Source of the DNA: an uncultured Peptococcaceae bacterium
Lineage (GTDB): Bacteria > Bacillota > Peptococcia > Peptococcales > Peptococcaceae
Direction: 5' to 3'
Length of the DNA stretch: 64,000 bases
Assembly: GCA_937976375.1 (NCBI GenBank)
Contig: CALJRU010000030.1
Coordinates: forward strand, 94,467-158,466
The notes below the pieces were generated by a model. That model saw nothing but the letters and a program-made list of their open reading frames with translations, was not told the origin of the DNA and searched no databases. The stretch's first letter is position 1; the number at the start of each line of letters is the position of its first letter. Below, in pieces: positions 35,212 to 44,492 of the stretch. Made by a program: the position numbers and the translations under genes.

Positions 35212-36378
35212 GTGAGAATCATGAGAACTTCAGAAAAGATCATTGTGAATATCGTGCGATTGGTGATGTTATGCGTGGGATTGGCCATTGGTTATATTGT
35301 TAGCTTTCCGCTGTATCATCTTCTGCGTTCCATGTCGGTGAACTTTCTTCAAAATACTTCCTATGGCTTTCCCATCGTGTGTGGCGTCTTGATGGTTTTG
35401 TGTGGACTTATAGGATTTGTTATTGGGAAACCATTGGCGGCATTGATTGTACGAGGCACCACATTGATGGAACAACGGCTCAAACAGATGCCGTTTCCAG
35501 CGTTGATTTCCAGTACCGTTGGTTTGATCGTTGGTCTTTTAATTGCAGCATTGTTATCGAGCACTGTAAAAGCATTGCCAATCGTTGGCAGTTACATGCC
35601 AGTGGTGCTGAGTGTCATTTTCGGCTATTTGGGCATTTCGGTTGGTTATCGTTGGCGTGAAACAGTCGATGGTTTTTTGGGAGCGCTGCGACGCTCACCG
35701 AAGCGCAGCCGTCGTGAAGCCAAGGATTGCAAAGACCCAAAAAGCTCGGAAGAGGCATTGGCGACCTTGTCTTATAAGACCATTGTTCATCCAAAAGTAT
35801 TGGATACCAGTGTGATTATTGATGGGCGTATTGTAGAAATCTGCAAAGCAGGTTTTTTGGAAGGCCCGCTGATCATCACAAACTTTGTTTTGGATGAACT
35901 GCGTCATATTGCTGACAGCAGCGATTCTCTAAAACGAGTGCGTGGACGGCGCGGACTGGATATTCTGAACGATTTGCGCAAAACTGATGTGGAAGTCATC
36001 AATATGAATATTGACTATGAAGAAATTCCAGAAGTTGACGCAAAGTTGGTGCAGTTGGCCAAAGATATCAATGGGTATGTGGTCACCAATGACTTCAACT
36101 TGAATAAGGTAGCGTCATTCCAGAAAGTAAAAACCCTTAACGTCAATGAATTGGCAGGTGCCATTAAGACGGTGGTGCTGCCAGGTGAAAGCATGCGCGT
36201 GGAAGTGGTTGCCCGTGGGAAAGAGAATGATCAGGGCGTTGGTTATCTGGACGATGGCACCATGGTTGTCGTTGAAAACGGGAAACATGTTATTGGAAAG
36301 ACTGTGGACACAGTCGTCACATCTGTGATTCAGACCAATGCCGGTCGTATGATTTTCGTGCGTTTGGAACAAAATTAA
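35212..36378 (+). CDS. yacL: PIN/TRAM-domain membrane protein YacL-like
   Basis: 388 aa. N-terminal TMs, a PIN-like central domain and a C-terminal TRAM-like beta domain. Conserved position between disA and ispD. Confidence 0.7.
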   Translation: MRIMRTSEKIIVNIVRLVMLCVGLAIGYIVSFPLYHLLRSMSVNFLQNTSYGFPIVCGVLMVLCGLIGFVIGKPLAALIVRGTTLMEQRLKQMPFPALISSTVGLIVGLLIAALLSSTVKALPIVGSYMPVVLSVIFGYLGISVGYRWRETVDGFLGALRRSPKRSRREAKDCKDPKSSEEALATLSYKTIVHPKVLDTSVIIDGRIVEICKAGFLEGPLIITNFVLDELRHIADSSDSLKRVRGRRGLDILNDLRKTDVEVINMNIDYEEIPEVDAKLVQLAKDINGYVVTNDFNLNKVASFQKVKTLNVNELAGAIKTVVLPGESMRVEVVARGKENDQGVGYLDDGTMVVVENGKHVIGKTVDTVVTSVIQTNAGRMIFVRLEQN

Positions 36379-36493
36379 AGATTTGTGAGCGAGGCACTAC
36401 AGAGATTGCCTCGCTCTTTTTTAATTCCTTCTGTAGTTTGATAGAAAATATGCTATAATGGGGAGCAATGAAATGGACAAGGAGGCAGCGGCG

Positions 36494-37186
36494 ATGATCG
36501 GTGCAGTGGTTTTGGCTGGCGGGAAGGGCAAGCGCATGCAGGCTGGCATGAATAAACAATATCTCACTGTTGAGGGACGCAGTGTGCTGAGCTGCGCCAT
36601 TGAGAGCATGGCGGCAGTGGCAGAAGCGCTCATTGTCGTAGCGGCAAAAGGCGAAGAAGACAAGGCGTGGAAGGCCGTCTCTGAAAGTGGCGTGGATAAA
36701 GCACGCGTACAAGTGGTGGAAGGCGGCAAAGAACGGCAGGATTCGGTGCGGCACGCTTTGGCGGCCATGCCGGAGACTTGGGAAAAGGTGCTCATTCACG
36801 ATGGTGCGCGTCCGTTTGTTCCCAAGGACATGCTTGAGCGCATTCTTGCGGCAACAGCGCCAGGCATTGGCGTGGTTCCAGGTCTTTCAGTCACAGATAC
36901 CATTAAGAGAATTGATGCATCTGGATTTATTATTGAGACGCCGCCGCGGTCTCAGCTTCGCGCTGCGCAGACACCGCAGTGCTTTATGGCGCAGGAGATT
37001 TGCGCGCTGCATTTGGCAGTGGCAGACAGCGGCCAGATTTTCACGGATGATGCAGCCCTCTATGAATATGGCGGCAAACGGGTGCGCATGGTGGAAGGTG
37101 ATGCCATGAGCCGAAAATTAACCGTACCAGATGATATGTTATGGGCGATAGAAATGAAACATGCATGGGAGGCACAAAAACAATGA
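36494..37186 (+). CDS. ispD: 2-C-methyl-D-erythritol 4-phosphate cytidylyltransferase
   Basis: [15 protein letters not shown]... The ATG follows AAGGAGG. 230 aa. Confidence 0.85.
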   Translation: MIGAVVLAGGKGKRMQAGMNKQYLTVEGRSVLSCAIESMAAVAEALIVVAAKGEEDKAWKAVSESGVDKARVQVVEGGKERQDSVRHALAAMPETWEKVLIHDGARPFVPKDMLERILAATAPGIGVVPGLSVTDTIKRIDASGFIIETPPRSQLRAAQTPQCFMAQEICALHLAVADSGQIFTDDAALYEYGGKRVRMVEGDAMSRKLTVPDDMLWAIEMKHAWEAQKQ

Positions 37187-37662
37187 GAGTTGGAATGGGC
37201 TATGATGTGCACCGATTGGTGGAAGAACGAAAATTGATTCTTGGCGGCGTAGAGATCCCTTATGAAAAAGGCTTGTTGGGGCACTCTGATGCAGACGTAC
37301 TGCTGCATGCCATCATGGATGCCATGCTGGGCGCAGCAGCAATGGGCGATATTGGTCAGCATTTTCCGGATACGGATCCAGCCTATAAAGGGGCTGACAG
37401 TATGGTGCTTTTATCGGCATGCCGGGAAAAGATTGCAAAAAAAGGGTATCGGGTACACAATGTGGATGCGTTGATTTGTGCCCAAGCCCCAAAGATGGCA
37501 CCACATATTGCCATCATGCGGGAAAATATTGCTGCAGCATTGGACGTGTCTGTCGATGCCATCAATGTCAAGGCAACGACCACGGAACGTTTGGGCTTTG
37601 TGGGCGATGGCTCTGGGATGAGTGCGTATGCTGTTTGCCTGTTGGAGGAAGCCCATGCATAA
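37183..37662 (+). CDS. ispF: 2-C-methyl-D-erythritol 2,4-cyclodiphosphate synthase
   Basis: [12 protein letters not shown]...[19 protein letters not shown] overlap with ispD. Confidence 0.85.
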   Translation: MRVGMGYDVHRLVEERKLILGGVEIPYEKGLLGHSDADVLLHAIMDAMLGAAAMGDIGQHFPDTDPAYKGADSMVLLSACREKIAKKGYRVHNVDALICAQAPKMAPHIAIMRENIAAALDVSVDAINVKATTTERLGFVGDGSGMSAYAVCLLEEAHA

Positions 37663-38074
37663 GGCCTTGGATCTTTATGAAAAGAGCACAAATCATCCAG
37701 AACAGCTGCCGGCATTAACTTTGGCTTTTGTTGGAGACGCGGTGTATGAAATCTATGTACGGACGATGATGCTGCGTCGAAGCGTTAATGCACATGTTCT
37801 CAATAAACGTTGTGTACAGTTGGTCAACAATCGCACACAATCTGCGTTGTATGATTTGCTGGCGCCAGAACTGAATGACGTGGAGCAAGGCGTCTTGCAT
37901 CGTGGCCGCAACGCCAAAGGCATTGTACCAAAACATGCGAATACCCAGGATTACCGTCGTGCAACGGCTGTCGAAGCGCTTGTAGGCTATTGGTACCTGA
38001 TGGACAACGAGACAAGGCTGAAATGGGCATTTGACACTTTATGGGACATGACAGAAGGAGAAAATTGTGAGTAG
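37655..38074 (+). CDS. mrnC: Mini-ribonuclease 3 (Mini-III)
   Basis: [14 protein letters not shown] RNase III signature in a 139 aa protein at the Bacillus yazC position. Confidence 0.7.
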   Translation: MHKALDLYEKSTNHPEQLPALTLAFVGDAVYEIYVRTMMLRRSVNAHVLNKRCVQLVNNRTQSALYDLLAPELNDVEQGVLHRGRNAKGIVPKHANTQDYRRATAVEALVGYWYLMDNETRLKWAFDTLWDMTEGENCE

Positions 38075-38897
38075 AGCCGATGAGATTTTTAAACAAAATA
38101 TTCGTCAGATTTTAGACAACGGTGTTTGGGACACCGATTATGAGGTGCGTCCACGTTGGAGCGATGGCACACCTGCGCATACCATTAAATGCTTCGGCAT
38201 TGTGAATCGTTACGATCTCAGTGAAGAGTTTCCAATTTTGACATTGCGCAAGACCAATTTACGCAACGCGGTGGATGAACTGCTGTGGATTTGGCAGAAA
38301 AAATCCAATCGTATTGAAGATCTGCATAGCCATATTTGGGACCAATGGGCTGGTGATGATGGTACCATAGGCAAAGCTTATGGCTATCAGCTGGGCATCA
38401 AACATGAATATAAAGAAGGTTGGTTTGATCAGGTGGATCGTGTGCTATATGACCTTAAGCACCAGCCAAACAGCCGACGCATTATGACCAACATCTATAA
38501 TCATCATGATTTACATGCGATGAATCTTTATCCATGTGCATACAGCATGACGTTTAATGTCAGCGGCAAGCGTTTAAATGCCATTCTCAATCAACGCAGC
38601 CAAGATATGCTGACTGCCAATAATTGGAACGTGGCACAGTATGCGGTGTTGGTACACATGATCGCACAAGTCAGCGGATTAGAAGCTGGCGAATTGGTGC
38701 ATGTGATAGCGGATGCACACATTTATGACCGTCATATGCCGATTGTTGAAGAGGTGATTGCTCATAAGGGGTATGATGCACCAGCGTTCGCACTCAACCC
38801 GAACATTACTGATTTCTATGATTTCACAGTAGAAGATGTTCAGCTCGATCATTATGAATATTGGCCATTAGAAGGGCGCATTCCCGTCGCAGAATGA
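38067..38897 (+). CDS. thyA: Thymidylate synthase
   Basis: 276 aa. GTG start after GAAGGAG. Conserved ThyA architecture with YQLGIKHE...; order thyA-dfrA. Confidence 0.8.
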   Translation: MSRADEIFKQNIRQILDNGVWDTDYEVRPRWSDGTPAHTIKCFGIVNRYDLSEEFPILTLRKTNLRNAVDELLWIWQKKSNRIEDLHSHIWDQWAGDDGTIGKAYGYQLGIKHEYKEGWFDQVDRVLYDLKHQPNSRRIMTNIYNHHDLHAMNLYPCAYSMTFNVSGKRLNAILNQRSQDMLTANNWNVAQYAVLVHMIAQVSGLEAGELVHVIADAHIYDRHMPIVEEVIAHKGYDAPAFALNPNITDFYDFTVEDVQLDHYEYWPLEGRIPVAE

Positions 38898-39128
38898 TCC
38901 TCACAGCGCACAGTTGATGTGCGCTGCTTTTTTATGCGTTTGCAAATCATGCGGTTTAAAATACAGCTTTTTGGTTTTATGCTGCAGAATGCCTGTGTTG
39001 GGTATTGTTGCTCCGTACTCTGTTGAGCAATGGAAGAAAATGTGGTATATTTTCTTAAGGCCCTACGTTCGGTAGAGTATGACATTTAAAAAATGAACGC
39101 CGAAAAGGCGTGATCAAAAGATAGAAAG

Positions 39129-39662
39129 TTGGATGAAACGATGGAATTTATCGTTGCAGTGGATGAAAATTGGGGGATTGGCAAAGATGGCGGCATGCTC
39201 GATCATTTGCCAAAAGATCTGGCTTTTTTTAAAAAGAAAACCAGCGGCCATGTCATCGTCATGGGACGTAAGACCTTGGAATCTTTTCCTGGCAGCCGGC
39301 CGCTGCCAAATCGGGTCAACATTGTCGTAACGTCGCAGTCGGATTACAAGGCTGCTGATGGTGTGGTATTGGTCCATTCTCTGGCTGAATTGGTGCAGCT
39401 ATTGAAAACAATGGATCGCGAAGATGTTTTTTTGGTTGGCGGAGCGACGTTGTACGCAACGCTTAAAGATTATTGCAGTGGCGGCTATGTGACCTATATT
39501 GGTCATGCTTATGACGGGGTACAGGCCTTCTTTCCAGACTTGGCTGCAGAGACGCACTGGCAGCTGCAGGAGACGCTGGCAGAGGATGAAGAACACGGCT
39601 ATACACTGCAGTTTTGTTATTATCGCAATCAGTCCCCACGATCATTGGAGGAATTCGTATGA
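39129..39662 (+). CDS. folA: Dihydrofolate reductase
   Basis: MEFIVAVDENWGIGKDGGMLDHLPKDLAFFKKKTSGHVIVMGRKTLES. The start may be the ATG at 39141. Confidence 0.8.
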   Translation: MDETMEFIVAVDENWGIGKDGGMLDHLPKDLAFFKKKTSGHVIVMGRKTLESFPGSRPLPNRVNIVVTSQSDYKAADGVVLVHSLAELVQLLKTMDREDVFLVGGATLYATLKDYCSGGYVTYIGHAYDGVQAFFPDLAAETHWQLQETLAEDEEHGYTLQFCYYRNQSPRSLEEFV

Positions 39663-40387
39663 GTGAGATTTACGGGCGCAATCCTGTTATTGAAGCGTTA
39701 AAAAGCGGCACAGAAATCAATCGTGTCTATATTGCCAAAGGTGCACAGCACAAGGCCATTGATGAGATTTATAAACTGGCACGTGCGGCGCAGGTACCAG
39801 TGCAGCAAGTGGAACGTCGCAAATTGGACAGCTTGTTCCCAGGGAAGAATCATCAGGGCGTGTATGCATCTGTTGCAGAAATGCAGTATGTGGAGTGGGA
39901 AGACATTCTCGCTCAGGCGCGCGAAAAAGGTGAGCCACCGCTGGTGCTGGTGTTGGATGAGATCGAAGATCCACATAATCTTGGCGCTATTCTGCGTAAT
40001 GCAGATGCTTTTGGTGTGCACGGTGTCATTATTCCAAAGCGGCGTTCTGTTAGTTTGACAGGCACTGTTGCAAAAGCTGCGGCTGGCGCGCTGCAGTATG
40101 TGCCAGTAGCGCGTGTGGCAAACATTGCGCAAACCTTAAAGGCCTTAAAAAAGGAAGGGCTGTGGGTTTGTGGAACAGCCATGGATGGGCAGAATATTTA
40201 TCAGGCTCCGCTTTCTGGTGCGCTGGCAATTGTGATTGGCAATGAAGGTCATGGCATGCGCCCGCTTGTTGCTCAGCAATGTGATTTTACAGTTGCCATT
40301 CCAATGAAAGGGCGTATCAATTCGCTGAATGCTTCCGTTGCTACTGGCATTGTGCTTTCAGAAGTTGAGCGTCGCCGGGAGGGTTAA
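39659..40387 (+). CDS. rlmB: 23S rRNA (guanosine-2'-O)-methyltransferase RlmB (TrmH/SpoU family)
   Basis: MSEIYGRNPVIEAL... with SpoU motifs. The ATG follows GGAGG and overlaps the folA stop (ATGA). Confidence 0.75.
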   Translation: MSEIYGRNPVIEALKSGTEINRVYIAKGAQHKAIDEIYKLARAAQVPVQQVERRKLDSLFPGKNHQGVYASVAEMQYVEWEDILAQAREKGEPPLVLVLDEIEDPHNLGAILRNADAFGVHGVIIPKRRSVSLTGTVAKAAAGALQYVPVARVANIAQTLKALKKEGLWVCGTAMDGQNIYQAPLSGALAIVIGNEGHGMRPLVAQQCDFTVAIPMKGRINSLNASVATGIVLSEVERRREG

Positions 40388-40389
40388 GC

Positions 40390-40932
40390 ATGAGAACGTA
40401 TCTGTTTGTCGATGGCTATAACATCATTGGTGCCTGGCCAGAACTGATCAGCCTGCGCGATGAATCTTTAGAAGAAGCACGCAAAAAGGTGATCGATTAT
40501 CTCAGTGAATATGCCGTCGCAAGCGGATACCATACAGTGCTTGTATTTGATGGCTGGCGGGTCAAGGGCAATCGCGGCAGCGTGATTGAAAACCCCTACA
40601 TAGAAATCCTTTTCACAGCAGAAGGCGTCACGGCGGACATGGCCATTGAACGATTGGTGGCACAGCTGCCAAAGCATCAAAAGATTTATGTGGCGACCAG
40701 TGACCGCCTTGAGCAGGAAACAGTATTGGCACAGGGAGGATTGCGCATTTCAGCGATGGAGCTGCATAATATGGTGTTTAGCCAGAAGGAGGCTCACCGC
40801 CGCCGCATTGAAAAGCAGCCAGAAGGCACCAATCCGCTTGATGCGCAGTTGGATGAAGAGGTGCGTAGGCAGCTCTATGCGATGATTCATGAAGGCAATG
40901 AAAAGAACTTGAAAAAAAATCAAAAAAAATAA
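40390..40932 (+). CDS. YacP/Rae1-like NYN-domain ribonuclease
   Basis: MRTYLFVDGYNIIGAWPEL N-terminus typical of YacP. Confidence 0.7.
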   Translation: MRTYLFVDGYNIIGAWPELISLRDESLEEARKKVIDYLSEYAVASGYHTVLVFDGWRVKGNRGSVIENPYIEILFTAEGVTADMAIERLVAQLPKHQKIYVATSDRLEQETVLAQGGLRISAMELHNMVFSQKEAHRRRIEKQPEGTNPLDAQLDEEVRRQLYAMIHEGNEKNLKKNQKK

Positions 40933-40942
40933 AAGAAAAGCG

Positions 40943-40971
40943 TTGACATTATCAAAACACAATGGTATTAT
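40943..40971 (+). promoter_or_regulatory. Promoter of the tRNA operon (TTGACA-N17-TGgTATTAT)
   Basis: Consensus -35 and extended -10 about 45 nt upstream of tRNA-Tyr. Confidence 0.6.
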
Positions 40972-41015
40972 ATATCTCGTCGGCTGGCAAGGTTGCTTGA
41001 AACCGACAAGCCTTT

Positions 41016-41098
41016 GGAGGGATACCCAAGTTGGCCAAAGGGGACGGACTGTAAATCCGTTAGCTGTGCTTTCACAGGTTCGAATCCTGTTCCCTCCA
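41016..41098 (+). tRNA. tRNA-Tyr (GUA)
   Basis: GGAGGGA acceptor, anticodon loop CUGUAAA, long variable arm, T arm GGTTCGAATCC. Confidence 0.85.
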
Positions 41099-41107
41099 TT
41101 AAAATGC

Positions 41108-41180
41108 CGCGGGGTGGAGCAGTTGGCAGCTCGTCGGGCTCATAACCCGAAGGTCGCAGGTTCAAGTCCTGTCCCCGCAA
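41108..41180 (+). tRNA. Initiator tRNA-fMet (CAU)
   Basis: CGCGGGG...GGGCTCATAACCC...CCCCGCAA with a 1:72 mismatch and three G-C pairs in the anticodon stem. Confidence 0.85.
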
Positions 41181-41185
41181 TTTTT

Positions 41186-41258
41186 GCTGATATAGCTCAG
41201 TCGGTAGAGCGCCACCTTGGTAAGGTGGAGGTCACCAGTTCAAATCTGGTTATCAGCT
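41186..41258 (+). tRNA. tRNA-Thr (GGU)
   Basis: Anticodon loop UUGGUAA. Confidence 0.8.
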
Positions 41259-41261
41259 TAT

Positions 41262-41335
41262 GGCGATATAGCTCAGCTGGCTAGAGCATACGGTTCATAC
41301 CCGTAGTGTCCGGGGTTCAAGTCCCTGTATCGCCA
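41262..41335 (+). tRNA. Elongator tRNA-Met (CAU)
   Basis: GGCGATATAGCTCAGCTGGCTAGAGCATACGGTTCATACCCGT...; close to Bacillus elongator Met. Confidence 0.8.
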
Positions 41336-41337
41336 TC

Positions 41338-41372
41338 AAAAAGCCTTTCGGATTTTCCGAAAGGCTTTTTTC
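41338..41372 (+). terminator. Terminator of the tRNA operon
   Basis: AAAGCCTTTCGG-ATTTT-CCGAAAGGCTTT followed by TTTT. Confidence 0.8.
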
Positions 41373-41551
41373 ATGTTAAAAAAGTAAAGTCGAAATTGAG
41401 TGTGCTTGCTTTAAAAAAACATATTTTTCACACGTTTTTTGAAAAGCAGGTTGTATTTAATAAATGAATGGATGGTCCCTTTTCAAAATGCAAAAGATGC
41501 GTTATTATATAATCGTGACATAAAAGGATTTTATTGTTTGGGAAGGGACGG

Positions 41552-42484
41552 CATATGCAGCTCAATCAGTTTAAGTTTCTTATTGCGGTAGACAAATATG
41601 GGTCAATTTCGAAAGCAGCACAAGAGTTGTATATTTCTCAGTCAACGATCAGTCTTTCATTGATCAATCTGGAAGAGGAATTGGGCTATGTGTTGTTAAA
41701 CCGCAGTAAACGCGGTGTGACATTCACGCCGGAAGGCAAAGAGGTATTAAAGCGTGCCTATGAGATTCAGAATGTGCTGGACAGCTTAAAAGATATCACC
41801 GGCAGCTCTGAAGAAATCATTGGCGAAGTGCGCATCGCCAGCAACAGTCACCTGGGCATGAATATTATTACTGATACAATGCTGCAATTAAAACATCAGT
41901 ATGAAGGCATTCGTGTTTATGCACAACGTGATGATGTTAAGGCAGTGCTGAAAAAAGTGGCGCAAAATGAGTTGGATATGGGATTTATCACTTATCATTC
42001 ATTGGCGGCGCTGGATGTGCAAAATGACTTGAAGCGCTTACATTTGGAATTTCATAAAACCTATTTTGATAAGCAAGCGGTTTGTACACGTAAGGACCAC
42101 CCGCTGACCAAGCTTCCAGAAGTTTATTTTGAAGATGTTGCACGCTATGAACGGGTGACGATGGTGACCAAAAAAGATCCATTTTTAACACAAAATTTTG
42201 GCGTAAAAGACAGTGATATTTCTATTGTAACGTTGGTTGACGTGTTAAATTTGCGCAAATATGCCACGCAAACCGATGCGGTGGTCATTTTGCCAAAAAA
42301 TGAAGCGCTGAGGAGCAATGAAATGTTTCCTTATAAGCTGACGGTGCTCGATGTGAAGGATTTTGATGTGGACATTGTTGGTGGGTGGGTACACCATAGC
42401 ACGCATGAAATGAATGCTGCAGAACAATGTGTGGCACAGGCTATTGAAAACATTTGCCAAAGCTATTCAGAAATGACGCTATAG
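41552..42484 (+). CDS. LysR-family transcriptional regulator
   Basis: MQLNQFKFLIAVDKYGSISKAAQELYISQSTISLSLINLEEELG HTH; about 310 aa. Confidence 0.75.
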   Translation, partial: HMQLNQFKFLIAVDKYGSISKAAQELYISQSTISLSLINLEEELGYVLLNRSKRGVTFTPEGKEVLKRAYEIQNVLDSLKDITGSSEEIIGEVRIASNSHLGMNIITDTMLQLKHQYEGIRVYAQRDDVKAVLKKVAQNELDMGFITYHSLAALDVQNDLKRLHLEFHKTYFDKQAVCTRKDHPLTKLPEVYFEDVARYERVTMVTKKDPFLTQNFGVKDSDISIVTLVDVLNLRKYATQTDAVVILPKNEALRSNEMFPYKLTVLDVKDFDVDIVGGWVHHSTHEMNAAEQCVAQAIENICQSYSEMTL

Positions 42485-42494
42485 TGACGATCAG

Positions 42495-42531
42495 AAGGCT
42501 GTACGTATTTTGTGATACGTATAGCCTTTTT
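42495..42531 (+). terminator. Hairpin terminator after the LysR gene
   Basis: AAGGCTGTACGTAT-TTTGTG-ATACGTATAGCCTT followed by TTTAT. Confidence 0.55.
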
Positions 42532-42725
42532 ATTATTGACAAAAATCATGAAAAGAAAGGATTGTTATATTTTTTCTTAATGATAAATATTGATAAACTA
42601 GGCTTTTAGAAACCATAAGCTGGATATATCATAAAGGCGTGGAAAGAAATCACGTATGAGTTGATGGCCATCAAAATTTTACGTGAAACTCTGGAAAGGA
42701 AAATAACCGCAAAGGAGAGGTTAAT

Positions 42726-44180
42726 ATGTCAGAGGCAGTAAAAAAGAAAAATACGATGTATTACATTAACTCTATTATTACATTAGTTATTATTTTTGGT
42801 TTTGGTCAACTTCCTGCGGCTGCACCACTGACGCCGCTTGGAATGAATCTGATTGGGATTTTCTTAGGGCTGTTATATGGTTGGATTTTTGTTGATATTG
42901 TTTGGCCAAGTATGGCCGGGTTATTGGCGCTGATGCTTATTGGCGGCATGGCACCAAAAGTTGTACTTAATTCGAGCTTCGGTGATCCAATCGTCGTTAT
43001 GATGTTCTTTATTTTTATCTTCTGTGCAGCGATTGATCAATATGGTTTGTCCCGTTTTATTTCGCTGTGGTTCATCACTCGTAAGTTCGTACAAGGTAAG
43101 CCATGGGCGTTCACCTTTGTTTTTCTGGTTTCTATTTTTATCCTCGGCGGTCTCACTAGTGCATCTCCTGCAGCGTTGATTGGCTGGGCAATCCTCTATG
43201 CAATCTGTGACCTTTGTGGCTACAAGAAAGGTGATGGCTATCCAACAATGATGGTCTTCGCAATTGTTTTTGCAGCACAGGTTGGGATGTCCATGATTCC
43301 ATTCAAGCAAGTTCCACTGACTGTTCTTGGTGCATTTTCCAATATTTCTGGCACCAACATTGACTATGCAAAATATATGGTCATTGCCATTGCATGCTGC
43401 GTTGTATGTGCGGTTCTCCTATTGTTTGTTTGCAAATTTATCTTCCGTCCTGATGTTTCTAAACTGGTTGATCTCGATGCGACTCAGCTCGATAAGACTG
43501 GTGACGGTCTTGTTCTTACAAAAGTCCAGAAGATCGTTCTTGGTTTCTTGGTTGCACTTGTACTTTGCTTGCTCCTTCCAAGCTTCTTGCCAAAGAATTT
43601 CTTCTTAACCCAGTTCCTTAATGGTATCGGCAGCACTGGTGTGTGCGTATTTATCGTTGCAGTTATGTGCTTCATTAAAGTCGATGGCAAACCACTCCTG
43701 AAGATTAAAAAAGCCATTGATGGCGGTGTTGCTTGGGGTATTATTTTCCTGCTTGCAGCTGTTCAGCCACTCTCCACAGCAATGACTGCAGATGAAAGTG
43801 GTATCACTGAATGGCTGATGGGCATTCTGAATCCAATCTTCGGCGGTAAGAGCCCAATCTTCTTCATGGTTGTTATTGGTCTTATTGCAGCACTTCTTAC
43901 CAACGTTATGAACAACGGTGCGCTCGGTGTTGCACTCATGCCTATTGTTTACAGCTATTGCATGTCCAATGGCGTTGATCCACAATTGTCCGTTATCATC
44001 ATTGTAATGTGCGTACACTTGGCATTCCTTACGCCAGCAGCCAGCTCCAGTGCATCTCTGCTGCATGGGAATGAATGGGTAACCACCAAGGATATCATGA
44101 AATCTGCAACACCGGTTGTCATCTTATCATGGGTTGCAGTAACAGTCATTACCATTGCTATCGGTTCACTTATTTTCTAA
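42726..44180 (+). CDS. Polytopic permease (anion/organic-acid transporter; ArsB/NhaD-DASS-like superfamily, putative)
   Basis: 484 aa, about 12-13 TMs, glycine-rich re-entrant-like segments. RBS AAGGAGAGG. Confidence 0.45.
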   Translation: MSEAVKKKNTMYYINSIITLVIIFGFGQLPAAAPLTPLGMNLIGIFLGLLYGWIFVDIVWPSMAGLLALMLIGGMAPKVVLNSSFGDPIVVMMFFIFIFCAAIDQYGLSRFISLWFITRKFVQGKPWAFTFVFLVSIFILGGLTSASPAALIGWAILYAICDLCGYKKGDGYPTMMVFAIVFAAQVGMSMIPFKQVPLTVLGAFSNISGTNIDYAKYMVIAIACCVVCAVLLLFVCKFIFRPDVSKLVDLDATQLDKTGDGLVLTKVQKIVLGFLVALVLCLLLPSFLPKNFFLTQFLNGIGSTGVCVFIVAVMCFIKVDGKPLLKIKKAIDGGVAWGIIFLLAAVQPLSTAMTADESGITEWLMGILNPIFGGKSPIFFMVVIGLIAALLTNVMNNGALGVALMPIVYSYCMSNGVDPQLSVIIIVMCVHLAFLTPAASSSASLLHGNEWVTTKDIMKSATPVVILSWVAVTVITIAIGSLIF

Positions 44181-44228
44181 ATAGACTCCTTAAATTAGCA
44201 AAAATTTTTCAGAAAGAGGTGTTGGCGT

Positions 44229-44492
44229 ATGCCACCAATCATTGACAAAGAAAAATGTATTGAATGCGGAACCTGTGCGCAGATCTGCCCATTGGACGTT
44301 ATCCGCTTTGCGAAGAACGAAGAAGGGAAGAAGATCGTTGTTGTGAAGTATCCTTACGAATGCTGGCACTGCCGTGCATGCGTAAAGGACTGCCCTAAGG
44401 GTGCAATTTCGATGCGTTATCCATTGTCACACATGATGTTCACCATGGATGTTCCGGAAGAAAAGCTCGCAAAAGAAAGAGGTGCTGAATAA
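44229..44492 (+). CDS. 2x[4Fe-4S] ferredoxin (copy 1)
   Basis: 87 aa. CIECGTCAQICP and CWHCRACVKDCP motifs. Stop overlaps the downstream ATG (TAATG). Confidence 0.7.
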   Translation: MPPIIDKEKCIECGTCAQICPLDVIRFAKNEEGKKIVVVKYPYECWHCRACVKDCPKGAISMRYPLSHMMFTMDVPEEKLAKERGAE

